The notes under the pieces: model-generated
What the model saw: the letters and a program-made list of their open reading frames with translations, nothing else
Told to the model about the DNA's origin: nothing
The model's database searches: none
Made by a program: the position numbers and the translations under genes
Source: Mytilus edulis
Taxonomy: Eukaryota
Direction: 5' to 3'
NCBI RefSeq assembly: GCF_963676685.1
Contig: NC_092344.1
Location: 88,412,001-88,476,000, forward strand
DNA: 64,000 nt
Shown: positions 12,886 through 27,400 of the stretch, piece by piece
How positions within the stretch are numbered: the stretch's first letter is position 1
Layout of the letters: each line of letters starts with the position of its first letter

Positions 12886-15800
12886 TTCTAAAATGGTATG
12901 TATAGTGGCAGTAATATCAAAGTAAAACTTGAAAAACGTGTGAATTTCATCTTTCTCCTCAATGTGATAAGAGTAAAAAACTAAAAGGCGATGAAGTATG
13001 ATTTGAATTGAGAAAACTAACCTTAAAATTAAAAAAAAAAAACGGACGGCCAGGGATGTAATCAACTGCGGATCACCGTTCTGTATTCAACAATGATCAA
13101 ACCCGATACCGTTTATGTTCTAAGTCATAACTTCAAGCGAACATAAATTATTTACAAAATAAACTCAACACTTTTGTATGGGAGCAGCTCGCCTGACAGT
13201 GTGCTGCAAAGCTTTAATTTTATCAAAGACAAATGCAATGTAATAAATGTTCATCAGTGTTACTGTCTGCCTAGGCCGCTGCAGGTAACAAACACAAAAA
13301 CCAAGTACAAAAATAAAAACCATTTTCATTAAGTACGCAAATACATATTATGAATCAAATAAAGATTCTGTTCTTATACACATTATTGTTCACATTAATA
13401 AAAAATAACACAAGAAAAATATATTTAGTCGGGTGGGAGGGTGGGAAAACTTTACTGCACCAAAAGCAAACCTCGAATGACAAAATTTATCTTTGATTCA
13501 CAAAACCGTCATAAGTATAGCACGAAATATTTGAAATGACCGTATTCGAATATTATGGTCAGTTCTAACTCGACCAATAAAAAACATTTAACATATTATA
13601 TACTTTCAAAAACGTGTAAATTCATAAACAAATACACGTGGTAATGTTTACATACCGGTGAACATAACTTTAAAAAATATATATAGTTAAGCTATTTAAA
13701 AAGACCTTGATATGTTAACATAAATGTTAAATAACACAAACGAAAAACCAATGCTCTATGACAAAGACACAGAGTACCGTTCGTAGAGTATCCGAAGTCG
13801 TTGAAAGCTAGTTCAAAGTTAAAATGATTTCCGGGACTAAGATATGAATCAGTACACGAGTATCGATGTCATTAAACGACTGGGAAAATCGTGATCTCTT
13901 GCAATGCCAAGGTATAAGTTTGGACAGAAAGTATGACCATAAAAGTTACGTAGGTTTCTCAAGTTCTCTTCACGAAAATGGTACTAACTGAATATAATCT
14001 CAAAGAAACTGATATTTAGTTTATGCAGGTGTTCTCCAATCTTAAGGTTTTTCTCCTTTCGTCGTTTTGCTTTCTTTTTGGTCATTGTTTTATCTGCTCA
14101 TCCTCACTTTTGGCATCTGAAAAAAATAAGATGATAACACTGAGAAAAATCCGGACATATGTTCAGTAGAAAGGGAAGCAGTAACAAAAGAAGTAAAGCA
14201 AAAGATCATTTTCAACCTAATCTCATCAAAAACTGTGATGACACAAAATACCCCGGGGTGTTGCTCGTGACATATTAAAATCGGTCGATAAGCCGTAACC
14301 GATAGCAAATTACTTCCTGATAAATAGTATTGTTAAAACTATTGACAATGACAAAGGCTATTGTTAAGCCGAAATATTTGTCAACACGATTTTATTACAA
14401 CTTCTTCGTATAATACCATCTTATATTAGTACCGTTGTGCAAAGCTTTAGACTTATACAATGTTTCTAGACGATCCGTTACATATTAAATTTGCTGGTTG
14501 GTCTTTTTTATAGACTTCTCTCACTTTATATATATAAATATATGATGTATTCATTATGTACCTGCAATGAAGGACATTTCTGGTCTATTTCTAATTTAGA
14601 TTTTTAGTTTCACATAAATTTGTTTTTTTTTGTGCGCACGTAAAACTAGTTAAACCTTACGGCATCTGTGCCTGTACTTATGCAATCTTGACCATTGTAT
14701 TTTTCGTTGTCTATTTATGTGCGATTTTTTTTCTCTCGGAAGAGTCGAGATGCTGGTGGTTTGTGTGGTTTTATACTGTCCAATATATTGTGTCATTCTT
14801 TTTCATCCTTCTTACGTATGATTTATTCTTTCCTTCTTTTTTCAACGTGACGTAAGTCAAATTGAATTACCTGGGGAACATCCGTGTACATGTATGACGT
14901 ATATGTGTCTATCATCTCGTGATAAGCAGTTCATTAAGATATAAGGTCAAGCTAATTAAGACAATAATAAACACTGTCAGTAGATGTATGGTAGTACAAG
15001 GTTCATTAAGATATCACACATAAGGCCCACCAAAATGATGGGGCACATTTTGACAAACAAAATAATACTAATAAAGACAAAAGCTAATTCTTATGAATCA
15101 TCATACGATTGCAGAAACATGGAAAACATTGCAGTAATTAATAATACTAGTTATGTACTTAGTTCTGATATTCAAAATTGATAAATTTTAAATATCGAGC
15201 TTTTTGGGTGGGCAAAATGAGCGGACTTTCTGTAAAAGAATCTATTTGCCTAGTCAACATTTACCTAAGGACGATCTTATTTTAGGATTAAAGGTGTCAT
15301 GGTTTTCAAGAAGAGAGCTTTTCCCTTGATTTCCCCGAGCTAACCGAAAGAGTTTCTGATACCATCACAAAGACGTCGATAGAAAGTCAGAGTAACACGT
15401 ATTTAGGCCAAACCAAAGCCTTCAATGGTGTCACAAAGCAATCATATAAGAATTTACGAACACCTGAGGATGAGACAGACGAATGGAAAACCAATAACGA
15501 CATGTCAATCAATGCAACAAAAAATTATAAGAGTCAAAAATTCATTAAAAAGATTTCATGGAAATAAAGTTTTTTAAGAATGTGTTCAATATTATTTGAT
15601 TAATATTGTTATGCATGAGTTTACCAAAGGGAAGCCAAAATCCGTAGGTGCGTCGATACGCTGGACTACAACCCTAAAGCAAAATTGCAAAAAATGCGAC
15701 TATCTTGTCATTGATATTTAGATAAAACATAGCATAACCCAAAAATAAGTTTTGTTTGAAAATGAAAATGAACCTTATTGTTAGGTGCTTCTGAATTTTT

Positions 15801-17500
15801 TTTCTTAATTTACTTTCATCAGAAACATCAATGAGATACGAACTCAACAGCATAAGCTAAATCAAATTCGGACCCGAAAAGGCATACACGCGCTATATAA
15901 ATAATAGTCTTTATAAGCATACATATTGCAAAACTTACAACAGAGACACTTTGACCTAGATAAAGGTAAAATCAGCAAAAAATTGCCAATTTGATTTTTT
16001 GTTTGCATATATTTCATACATAATCTAATTAATGACAATACATAAGTCACACACATTATGAATTTGGACATATTTAAGACTTAACTTGAGGAAACCGTCA
16101 CATTCCGGGTTGATATAGCGAGCATGGTGATTATGACAAAAGTCATAAAATAATTGTCATAATTTGATTGATAATGATATGTTCTAATGGAAAAACAATT
16201 AATGCCCATAAAATATTAGTAATTGTTTTTTTCTCTTGCTATTGTACAATAAATGTAAACACAGCTGACCGTGGGAAATATTCCTTGTGGTCATAGCATA
16301 TTCTCGCCACTTAAACCTATCGAGTATACGAAAGTAATATTTAATCATATATAGGTTTTTTTTCTTCTAAATTCTAAATCAGAGTTTATTTCGATGTCTT
16401 TTAAAAATATAAAGACCTTATTTTTAATCTGTCGACTCTTCTACCCTGAACATTTAATCCTGATAACTGCAAAATCGTCTCATATCATAAGTAAACCGAA
16501 CTTCTGTGAAAAAAGGACAAATATGCGGGTAATATAATGTGGTTCTTGAAGGAAATCGCGATGATCCATGCCATTAGTATTCATGACAAGATATTTTTTT
16601 AATTATTTGGAATAATAATCGTTACCGTAGTCGTTTTAGTCGATTAAAAAAATTCCAACAATCGATATTGGCATTCAAATGTCTACAAATTGCACACCAC
16701 TTCTGCCATATTTATCATTGATTCAAATCAAACTGAATTTTAATGATAACATTACATCTGGATGTAAAAAATACAAAGCGAAAATATTGTTTTCTTCATA
16801 AAAGAACTTATACCTAGATATTTGAAATCAACACTTATGACAAATATGAGGATTTTAGTTTTCAAATTAATTTACAGTTCTGCATATTTTTGTATATGTT
16901 ATATACATATCACTGTTTTGGTTCGAACGTTTTTCTTGGAGAACAAATATTTATGTTTCCATAATAATGCATATATCATTTAAACGTCTTTTTTTGTTGC
17001 TAATTCACACTGAAATCATTTAACGTTGCCATGCATGGAAACAGAAAACTTGTGAAGCTTTCGCAGTTGACTTAATGATACTCCCATTTGCAGATGGGAA
17101 CCATTTGCTTTTCTATGTGTAGCTAAAATAGCATTTGTTGTAAATATACTATATGAGACAGAATTTAATTTCCTTAATGATAGAATACCGAATTAGAGCG
17201 TTTAAAAATTGCAGTTTTCGTAGTCGAACTTGATTTCCTTTTGAAATAAGATAAAACAAGGTAAAAAAAGGCATATATTCCGGAAACGTCAAACGTTATA
17301 ACTTTGTTTTAGTTATTTATACCTCGATATGCTAAAAGGGGAGTACTTCGTTAAACATTCTGAACATTTTCTCCAAATAACAAAAATGAGAAAAGCACGA
17401 TTTAATAAGAAATACATATGTTATCTTTGTGTAAATAGAGAACGTTTCCAAAGATGTTACTATTGATGAAGTATTTCCTCACAATATTGATCTAAAGCTA

Positions 17501-18087
17501 ACGTGAGGGTACCCAAATTGCACCTATTTTGACATTTTTCATAAGTTTTTGTTATGATCCAGACAAAAGATTCCATTCTGGGTTTATTTTGCAGACCTAT
17601 CATAATTTACCATATAGTTAAACAAATATAATTTTAAATCGGTATTAAATCATGGAAAAATGGACTTGAACTGACCTCCAAACGACCATGAGGAGTACAC
17701 AAATTGCATCCATGCTTGAATTCACATCCTTAAAAAAGATTAACGATGTTTTGCTCTATTTCTTCAAATATTTAGAACAATTTGGTAGTTGTCCGTGCTT
17801 AGTGTTCATTTTTTTTTTAGAAATGAATGCTTGTAACATATTCTATTTGCTAATTTTTAAAAGATGACTTTTTGTGAAAGTCGCACGACGACGTTTCCGC
17901 AGATTTTACTTTTTCAGTGAATATTTCTGTTGATATCTACTGTGAACATTTTGTGAATATCTGTTCTATGCTGAAAGCCGTGTATAGTGTCAAATCATAA
18001 AATTACAAATGGTTTGGTCTAAAAAAAAACTTGTAAGATTTCGGAAGCTATTTGTGTTGAATAGGTGCAATTTGGGTACTGCGACGT
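17501..18087. mobile_element. MITE with ~28-bp imperfect TIRs and TA TSD (Tc1/mariner-like)
   Basis: TA|ACGTgaggGTACCCAAATTGCACCTATT ... AATAGGTGCAATTTGGGTACtgcgACGT|TA; a degenerate internal third copy lies near 17693. Confidence 0.75.
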
Positions 18088-19009
18088 TATGTGCTTAAAT
18101 GTTTTTGTAAAATCAACGAAATTACCCTCAATCCTGAAGATTCTGAAGAGGAGAAAATGATTATAGAAAGTAACATTCTATATCATTTATGAAAACGTTA
18201 GATGTAAAACAGCACAGTCATATAACTGTAAACAATTATCAAAATCATACAACTATTTCTGTTTACAATATATGTAAAAAAAAAAAAAATTTGCCCAAAA
18301 CAAAACAAAAGGTTTTTTAAGCTGTCTATTTGACATATATCCCACATTTCATTTTATTCATCAGAAAAATAGAAAATAAAAAAAGCTGTGTATCTAATTG
18401 TTAAACATGACCAACAGTAATGAATGTCAATTTCTATCCATGTTTCCTATCAGATATGTTGGTTTTACATACAAGGAGAGATTGATATCCCTTGTACTCT
18501 AAATATTTTCTGTTTTGAGGTATCTTCCCCCGTCTATCCAGAGAGATCCCTTTTAAAATATATCTTTCCTACTTATAAATCAAATCAAAATTAATGTCGA
18601 AATGCAACGTAACGTCAATACAAACTAGCTGCTTTGGAATATTAAAAACACAAATGGGTTGTATGATAAGTAGAGCTTCTAAAATGTTTGTTTCTAAAAT
18701 AGCTATTTATTAATTAACTTATTTCTATTTTAGGAATAAGAACAACGAATGCAGCGACCACATTAATGTAATCTTTCCGGAACAATAAATTGTGGTTGAG
18801 GTTTATTTACTACTATTGTGCAATATGACTTTTAAGTTACAATGCATTCTTAAAATAATTTCTGTTATCGTAAATTTTAGCATTATCATCGAAACACATG
18901 ATTCACCACCAATATTTTTTATCACTGTATAAAACTACACCAAAATAAGTGTAATAAATTTGGTCCGTTCGAATCGGTGTTCAATGTAAACCTTCATCAG
19001 GAATCAGTT

Positions 19010-21920
19010 CTAACATGTCATACTGTGGTTGATCTTTGTTTTCTTAGTCTGTATGGTCTATTGGTGTTTGATCTTTTTTTCTTAGTTTAACATCATTTCC
19101 AATTAATGTTTGATCTATGGTATGTAAGTCTTAAAAGTCCTATTGATGTGTTATCTTCGTTGTCTTAGTATATATGTCATATTGATGTTTGGTCTATGGT
19201 ACCTCAGTCTTAAATGTCCTACTGACATATGGTCTTCTTTCAAAGGGTTCGGATTGCTTATTCTTTAGTTTTCTATGTTGTGTCATGTGTACTATTGTTT
19301 ATCTGTTTATCTTTTTCATTTAAGCCATTGCGTTTGCAGTTTATTTTCGATTTATGAGTTTGACTGTCCCTCTGGTATCTTTCGTACCTCTCTTATAAGT
19401 CTATATTGATGTTCGATCTTCGTTGTCTTATTCTTTATTTCCTTTTGATGTTTGGTCTATGGTCTCTAAGTCTAATATGTCCTATTGGTGTTTTGTCTAT
19501 GGTATTTTAATCTTAAATGTCCTATTGGTGTTTGATCTTACTGTTGTCTGAGTCTTACATGTCATATTAATGTTTGATCTATGGTGTCTTAGTCTTTCAT
19601 TTTATATAGATGTTTGATCTTTGATGTTGCCGTCTTACATTGCCTACCCATGCTCGATAATTTTGTCTCATTTTTCTCATTGGTATTTGATCTTTCTTTT
19701 CGCGGTCTTAACTTTTTTATTGATGTTTTCACTTAGTTGTTTTGGTTTAAATTATCTATCGATATTTGATCTTTGTTATTTTGGACTTACATGTTCTGTT
19801 GATGCTTGATCTTTGTTAACCCGGTCTCAAATTACCCTTTGATGTTTTAACTTAGTTGTTGTTTTCTTGCACTTCATATTAATTTTTGATATATGTTGTC
19901 TTGTCTTGCATGTCCTATTAGTGTTTCATCGTTGTTCTCGCGGTCTTACATGCTCTAATGATGTTTGATCTTTGATGTCTATGTCTTACATTGCCTATAT
20001 ATTAGTAGATGATTAATCTTTGTTGTTTTGTTGTTTTGTTTTACATATTCTATTAATGTTTTAACTTAGTTGTTGTTGTCTTTGTTGTTGTTGCTGTCTT
20101 ACGTTGCTTGTAAATGTTTAACTTTATTATTTTTCGAACTTACCTTGATATTTGATAATATTTATACATCGATCCAAAATGTCATATTAATGTTTGCTTT
20201 TTGTTGTCTCTGTTTTTGATCTTGATCTTTCTCGTATACATGATTGATCTTTGTTTCTTCAGTCTTACGCGCCACATTGCTGTATGCTACTTCTTGTTTT
20301 AGTCTTACACGTCTAATCAATGATTGATCTTTGTTATCTCAATCCTACTGATGTTTTATCTGTGTTGTCTTAGTCTGCTTGCCTATTGATGTTTGATCTT
20401 TGTTGTTGTGGTCTAAATGTCCTACTATTATGATTGTACTTTGTTGTTGTGGTCTTTCATATCTTATTGATGATTGATCGTGGTTCTTGTGGTCTTTCAG
20501 TAATGTACTGTCTCCGTGTTACATGTATTATCAATGTTGGAAGTATTTAATTTATTATAAATATTAAATGTCAAATTAATATTTGATCATGATTGCATTT
20601 CATGCCTGCATGTTCAGTTTTGTTTTCTCAGTCTAACGTGTGTTATTGATGTTTGATTTTTGTTGTCTTAGTTTTTCGTGACCTTTTTATTATGTTTTAT
20701 CTTTGTTGCCCTTTTCCTTTGTCTAGCATATCTTTTGTGTTGTCGTCTTACATAACCTATCAATGTCTTGTATTTCCAATTGATATGTAGTCATTGTTGT
20801 CTTAGTATAACATCTCCGAATAATGTTTGATCTTTGTGGTTGCGATCTTCAATGCCACATCAATGTTTCATTTGTGTTGTATCGGTCTTGTAATAGCAAC
20901 TGATTTTTTTTTATCTTTGATGCCATAGTTTTTGCATGTCTTATCATTGTTTGATATTTAGTGTTCTTGTCTTTCATGTCATATTATAATTTGATCTTTA
21001 TTGTTGTGGTCCTAATTGTGTTTGATCCTTTTTGTTGAGGTCTTAATTCTCATATAAATCTGATTGATCTTTTTTGTCTGAATCTTACATGTTGCCTTAG
21101 TCTAACATGTTCTCTTGATTTTTGATATTTGTTGGCTCGATCTAAAACTATCAAATAGATGTTTGATCTATGTTGTCTTAGTTTAACAAGTCCTGTTTAT
21201 GTTTGGTGTTAGTTTTTGTAGTCTTACATGTCCTTTTTATGTCTGATCATTATATTCATATTCGTACATGTCCTGTTTACGTTTGAAATGTTTTCATAGG
21301 TCTGCATGTCCTGTTTATGTATGATTTTTGTTTTTATAGTCTAACATGGCTAGTTTATGTTTGATCTATGCTTTCATAGTCTTGCATTTTCTATTGATTC
21401 TTGATATTTGTTGATTCGATCTGACATTATCCTATGTATGCGTGATCTCTGATGTTTTAGTCTTATATGTCTATTGATGTTTTGGTATTAATACATGTCG
21501 TTTTGATGGTTTTTCTCTCCTTTCTTAGTAATACATGTCCTATAGATGTTTGATCTTTGTTTCGGTCCTACATAGCAAATCGAAGCTCGATATTTGGTTT
21601 GTCGGTTTTACATGCCCTATTGGTATATTGTTGTATTAGTCTTACATGCTCTACTGGCGTTTGACCTTTGTTGTCCAAGTCTTATAGCAGCACTAATCTT
21701 TGTTGTATCAGTCTTCAAACTGATGTTAAGACTTTGTTCGTCTAAAATAAGATATTCAGTTGTTGTTCGATACCTGTTTTGTATTTCAAGAAATATTTCA
21801 TAACTATCCGATCTTCGTTTTTTTCAACAATGCAAGATGTCATCGATTTCTAATTATGTTGCCTCGGTCTTGTAATTAACTATTTTAAACGTTTGATCTT
21901 TGTTGTATTGAGCTCGCAAT
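19010..21920. repeat. Degenerate 40-bp minisatellite array, left part
   Basis: Consensus ~TATTGATGTTTGATCTTTGTTGTCTTAGTCTTACATGTCC; for example CCTATTGGTG recurs at 19481 and 19521. Confidence 0.85.
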
Positions 21921-22008
21921 AGGCTCAAAATGTCCATACTATTTTATCATTTTTGGATGTCTGAGATTGTACACTTGGTGTAGCATATCATTTTGCAGTT
22001 TGAGTATT

Positions 22009-23668
22009 AGACCTTTTCAACATCTCTCGACACCTACAGTTGAGAACGACTACGACAGGTAAAATGTGAAGGGTCGTCTCAAAAATAAAAATAAATGAAA
22101 TCATTATTGATTTTACTACTTTCATTGACAATGATACAACTTTCCTACCTAGTCCAAATAACATGATTTTTTTTATGGTTTATCTTTTGATACGTTGACG
22201 TTCTAGCTGTCCTGGTGGAATTTGGAAAATGAAAAGAACAAAGCATGCTTAATTGTGGTTAAAATTCATTTAAACAATGTATTTTGTCTGTTGACAAAGG
22301 CGGCACATGTTTCCAAAGTGTCTGTTAGTTTTGGCCTTGGGTGCCTCCATAATGTACTCAATACTTTGTATATTTTTAATTCACCAATTTGGTGTTCCAC
22401 TCGAATTCTGTATTCACCAATCACGCTATTAAATTTGCTGTTTTTTTTTATCAAATGTTATGGCTTACGATTAATTTGAGGTGTTGTAAAGGGTGTAACT
22501 AAAGGATGACGATTTGAATAAACTTTGTCTCTAAGGAGAACACAGTCCTCCGGGAAATGCATTTCTCCTTATTTTGATCCAAAACATCCCTTCTGTATGG
22601 TCATGGATGAGATAAAAAAAAAATATAAAGTACGAAAAAAAAAAAGAACTGAAAAAGGTACAAAACTTTGTTCCGCAAATTGGATATAGAGAAACACATT
22701 CTGACCCGGTGAAAACAAAACAAAATACAGCAATGACAGTGTATCAACTTTTTGTAAGAATCCAAAAGGTCATTTTCAGGAACAGGGGAAGCACACTATG
22801 ACGAAGGGACAAGGTATGTTGTTTTCGGGACATCAGCCGTTGGTCTCCAAGCCCCTGCTTAGCACTGACCATATTGATTTTGCAATGTCAACAAGCTTTA
22901 TAGTGTTAACTAACAACTTGAAATATAAATTCCATATACGCATGTATGTAAAAAAAATATGTACTGCTTAGATGTTGCAACATTAAAACAGTTAAAGTCA
23001 ACTATATAATTTTTTTCTTCAAAATGAATCATGAAAACATCAACTCTAATAAAATATCTTGAGGCCGTTGATAAAAAAAATCAAAATAGATGTGATATTT
23101 TCCTTAGACCTTCAAAATCTATATGTGATTATCCATCCAGAAATTGAATATGTACATCAACTAAGGTGAAGACCGGTTGAAAAATACCAATTTGGTCGTG
23201 TTCACAAGTGTTGTACGGACATACGGACAGTCCAGTATTTACTTCTTCTTTTTTTTTAAATTTTGGAAAATTTCATCAAAGCTTTAAATTTTACACCAAC
23301 AAATTAATCGTTATTTACTTGCGGCAAATATTTGGTAAAAGACTCACATAATCATAAAATTGAAGAGAAGCGGACCAGGATGCAGAATGGTTAATGGACG
23401 TATTTGTTTTAATCAATTCAACATGAAATGTCGTGTAAATACATACAAAATAAGAAAACTATATGACAGATACAAATATTTATTTATTTATTTGGTTGAC
23501 ATGTATTATGAAGCTATATAGTCAAGAAAGTATATAACCGCGGCGGGCGCCAATCCAATATGTGACGTATTGATAATCATGAAGGTTTTTGTCTTTGAGA
23601 CGACCCATCCATTTTACCTGTAAACTGTAGGTGTCATTAGTAGGTGTCGAGAGATGTTGAAAAGGTCT
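22009..23668 (-). mobile_element. Defective PIF/Harbinger/ISL2EU-superfamily DNA transposon
   Basis: Perfect 29-bp TIR AGACCTTTTCAACATCTCTCGACACCTAC at both ends, plus a subterminal inverted block (ACAGGTAAAATG..GGGTCGTCTCAAA). ATT flanks both sides (3-bp TSD). Contains a DDE remnant. Confidence 0.85.
22266..22568 (-). pseudogene. C-terminal remnant of a Harbinger/HARBI1-like DDE transposase
   Basis: One frame reads GEMHFPEDCVLLRDKVYSNRHPLVTPFTTPQINRKP*HLIKKNSKFNSVIGEYRIRVEHQIGELKIYKVL. This matches the LLGDxGY..LxTPF and FN...RxxVEHxIGxLK motifs of DDE_Tnp_4 proteins. In-frame TAA at 22458-22460. Confidence 0.8.
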
Positions 23669-23671
23669 ATT

Positions 23672-24420
23672 GCAATATTAATGTCCGGTCTCTGTTATCT
23701 CAATCTTACAATCCTATGATTTCTGAATAGATATCAGTTGTCCCTTTCTTCTAATTTTCCTGTATGTGTCCAATGTTTGTTGCTGCCTGGCGACAACTTA
23801 GTTATATTTGCATTATTCTGTAGATATTTGTTGTCATAGTCTTACAATATCCTTTGAATGCTCTTTGATGTTTTGGTTCTGCAATATCATTTGAATGCTC
23901 TTTGATGTTTCAGTCTTGCAATATCCTTTGAATGTTATTTGCTGTTTCGGTCTTGTCATATTTTTAAGAAATGATCTTTGTTGTATCAGTATTTTTAGCT
24001 TACAATATTCTCTATATTTCAGATCTTTGAGATCACTGTTTTGGAGTTTTCTTAAAAAATCAAATATTGATTATGTTTGTCTGGTTATATCCTATATATG
24101 TATACATCATTTGTTTTCTGATCCTGACTTGATCTTTGTTATCTCGCGTTTGCAATATCAAATATTCAATTAAGGCTTTCTCGCTCTTCCAATATCCTTT
24201 TGTTATCCAATACTTGTGTCTACGTTCTCGCAATATCCTAATGCATTGCAATATCCTTTACATATATCTGATCGTTGTGTTTCTGCTTAGCCACAACCTT
24301 TAGATATTCGATCTTGTGTTGTCTCGGTCTTGCAATTTCCTTTTAATGTCTGAGTTTTGTATCGGTCTCAGAATTTTCTATTGCTATGTGATCTTTGTTT
24401 TCTCGATCTTAAACTATTTA
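23672..24420. repeat. Degenerate 40-bp minisatellite array, right part
   Basis: Same GATCTTTGTTGT..GTCTT(G/A)CA motif resumes directly after the transposon, with a CAATATCC variant. Confidence 0.7.
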
Positions 24421-27400
24421 AACGAATGCTGAAGTTTCGAAGGGGTTGATTGATTAAACAAATATAAATTAAATACCATTTTAATAAATAAAAATCTAGC
24501 AAAACACTTAAAGTTCATACAGAATGTCATTTCTCAATAAATGGAATATACAATATGAAACTACGTGATAACAATTTAACACTTTACGTATCGCATCAAT
24601 GAGACTTTTCTCTTGGGTATTCGTATAATAATGGTGATTATCAAACGTCTCATCGTATTCTTTTCCTTTTGACAAGGTTTTTTTTTCACTTCCAGATTCA
24701 AATATGAACTCTACAAAGGCATACTCTCGATCGTTCAGGAGAACATAACCGCTGTGCTTGTACAATGACCCAGGGGTAACACAACGCTGGATCGCAAAGG
24801 TTCTGCAAAGATGGTATTGACTATTAATATCTGGAAAATGAGGTCTGTTGGATTGGGACAGAACTGTTTCTTTGCAACTGATCACCTACGAACCCCTCAA
24901 ACTTCTATTGAGAGGGTTCTTTTACGTACAGAGATTGTGGTATTCAATCTGCACGATAATTCAGATTATACATACCTGTTCCGACCAGTCATGTCAGTGA
25001 ATTTATACATCTTCCACATACACCCTCTAAACAAAGCTATTACTAACGAGCGAAAGTGAGAGCATTTTGCTATACCCAAGTCAACTTATTGGGCTAAATC
25101 CTACAAAAACTATAAAAGTCTAGTTTCAACTTTATACTATATGAAATGAGGTCTTGAAAAAATACGCGTCTAAGCTGATGACGAGTAACCAGTTAAGAAG
25201 ACCGTAGAAATAAAATTTTAGAGAATTGGATATGCTTAATATCTTAATCATTATTTCAATAGCAAAAAACACGGACGATAATCTGAGTTTATTTTCTATT
25301 AACAACACATGTTTGACATTTGAGGTGTTTAAACAACCGACCGTAAACAGTTTATATCATTGAACAAAAATGATAAAATACTAAGTGACCAATAGCAGTT
25401 TTTTTTAAATATTCAATAACTTCGAAGCTTTCGGTGTTAAAACCTATAAGTTTGATGAAAACCATCAAAGCATGATAGAAATTAAAGAAAAATGAAACAA
25501 ATAAGGAAAAACTAACAGTTAAACAAGTAATCAAGCTATTTGTGAAAAAGATTAAATCAGAAAACTAAATATAAAGAAAGCAAAAAGGTAGCATAGCATA
25601 CCCTGTACAAAACAGCTAATAAATATGCTCCAGTATGCAATGTCAAATCCTTTGAAAAGCTAATAGATTAAACTATTTTACGAAAATCCCATATCACTCA
25701 TTTATAAAGAACATACTCTTGACATGACCTGTAAAACATTTGACTGTTGTTCTCATGACTAACTTTCACTAAAATTAAAGGCTTTAAATCTTTTAGAAAA
25801 CTCGTGAATGTTGATAAAAGGTTATTTGAATTACACGAAAACGGCGTATTAATTTATGAATATTTATCAGTAATGGGTTAGATTTTTAAAGGATCTTAAA
25901 GGAGTTCTACAAATATTCATTCCCATCGCTTTTCGATTATTTTTTTTTTTTATTATTGTAACAAATCTACTTGTCTTGAAAATCAAGATGGAGCCTGAAT
26001 ATCTTTATTTATTTATAACGATCAAATAAAGGAAAACTTCCTTGAGAAAAATCGTTTAGCCTTTCTTTTTGTTGATATCATACCTTAACTCATCATGTTT
26101 ATATTTAAAGCAATACTCACATATCTTATGAAACTTTTTATTGACCAACCAGTGTTCACTGGTTATACATCCTTAAATGTGTAATTTTTAAGTTTATTTA
26201 TACCTTTTTCATATATATCGTGTTATTTTTTTCTCTCCAAATCATATGTTACAGTGCATTTAAAAACAATTACAGTCTCAATTTCCAAAACAGATACTTT
26301 TGACATATTGTTGTGGTAACCATGACCTAGATTTATTCCGTATCCCCGTTAGTATCATATAGGTACCTATGAATTAATAAAAGCATTATAGTGTTCTCCT
26401 GTGTCATCAATATTAGATGTTTTGCTTTACATTTTTACTTCCTTCTTTAAAGCCCATGATCAATACATAACTTGCAGCAAGTTTCATTTAGCCAAAATAT
26501 AAGATAACGAAATGTTAGCAAAACAATGCTATTATGATAGTTTTATAGATTATGTATAGACTATTGTTTGGTTAACAATTTAACATCCAGTGATGTGTAC
26601 CCTATACCTCGGCTCTACTATACTTTTTTTTTTAAATACTGATGTCCTTTTGATCCGATTCATATAAAACTTGATGTACATGGACGAAAAAAGCCGACAG
26701 ATCAGCAGCATATCAACAAAACTACTACCACAATTGTTATTTATAGTAAAAAAATTTACCTTCTTTGATCAAATGATGTTTTTTTTTGTATCTCTGTATA
26801 GAAAATAATTGCAAATGATTCAGTTTAAGCCGATTTAAGAAATAGAATTTTTTCCTGTAACAGCTTTCAAGTGTCCACAAATAAATTTTCAAACACATAC
26901 ATATGTATGATGAGTGTCCATTGCATTGGTCTGTGTTGGCGAAATAAGCAAGTAAGTTTATAATAACTAAAATAAGGTAGAATAAACCGAACCTTCTAAA
27001 GTAATGTTGGGATGAGAGAGTCAAAAGTTTAATAAACGTACGACTTAGGCGAGACAGGCTAAACGAAGACCAAACTCCAAACAGAAAATAGGACTGATAG
27101 CACATGTTAATATTCTAGTTTTAACTGGCAAACGCAAGATATCTCCTGGGCAAATGCATATACTTTAATGCTAACTCGCTCTGAAAAAAATAATTTGAAA
27201 GGTTTGCGTTTGATTTCACCACTGCATATTGTGTGAGAAGTTTAGTTATATCATTGTCCAGAGCAGCATTTTAATTGTAGTACAGATTTTGTTCGAAGAA
27301 TCATGCAACTGTGTGGGGTTTATTCTTGTAAACACCGGCGATTTGTCGATTATATATTTTTTCCCCTAGATAGTGACTTTTGAATGTTCGTGTCATTTGT

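Noticed and set aside
19621-24251. Hydrophobic ORFs at 19621, 21594, 23895 and 24060
   Set aside because: By-products of the T-rich 40-bp minisatellite.
24508-25059. GC-richer island with overlapping 125-aa and 82-aa ORFs
   Set aside because: No recognisable motif, upstream in-frame stops and no convincing splice sites; cannot be supported as coding.
25175-25210. CTGATGA followed later by GAAA (also CTGATGAG at 61280)
   Set aside because: No stem II, stem I or NUH arrangement; not a hammerhead.
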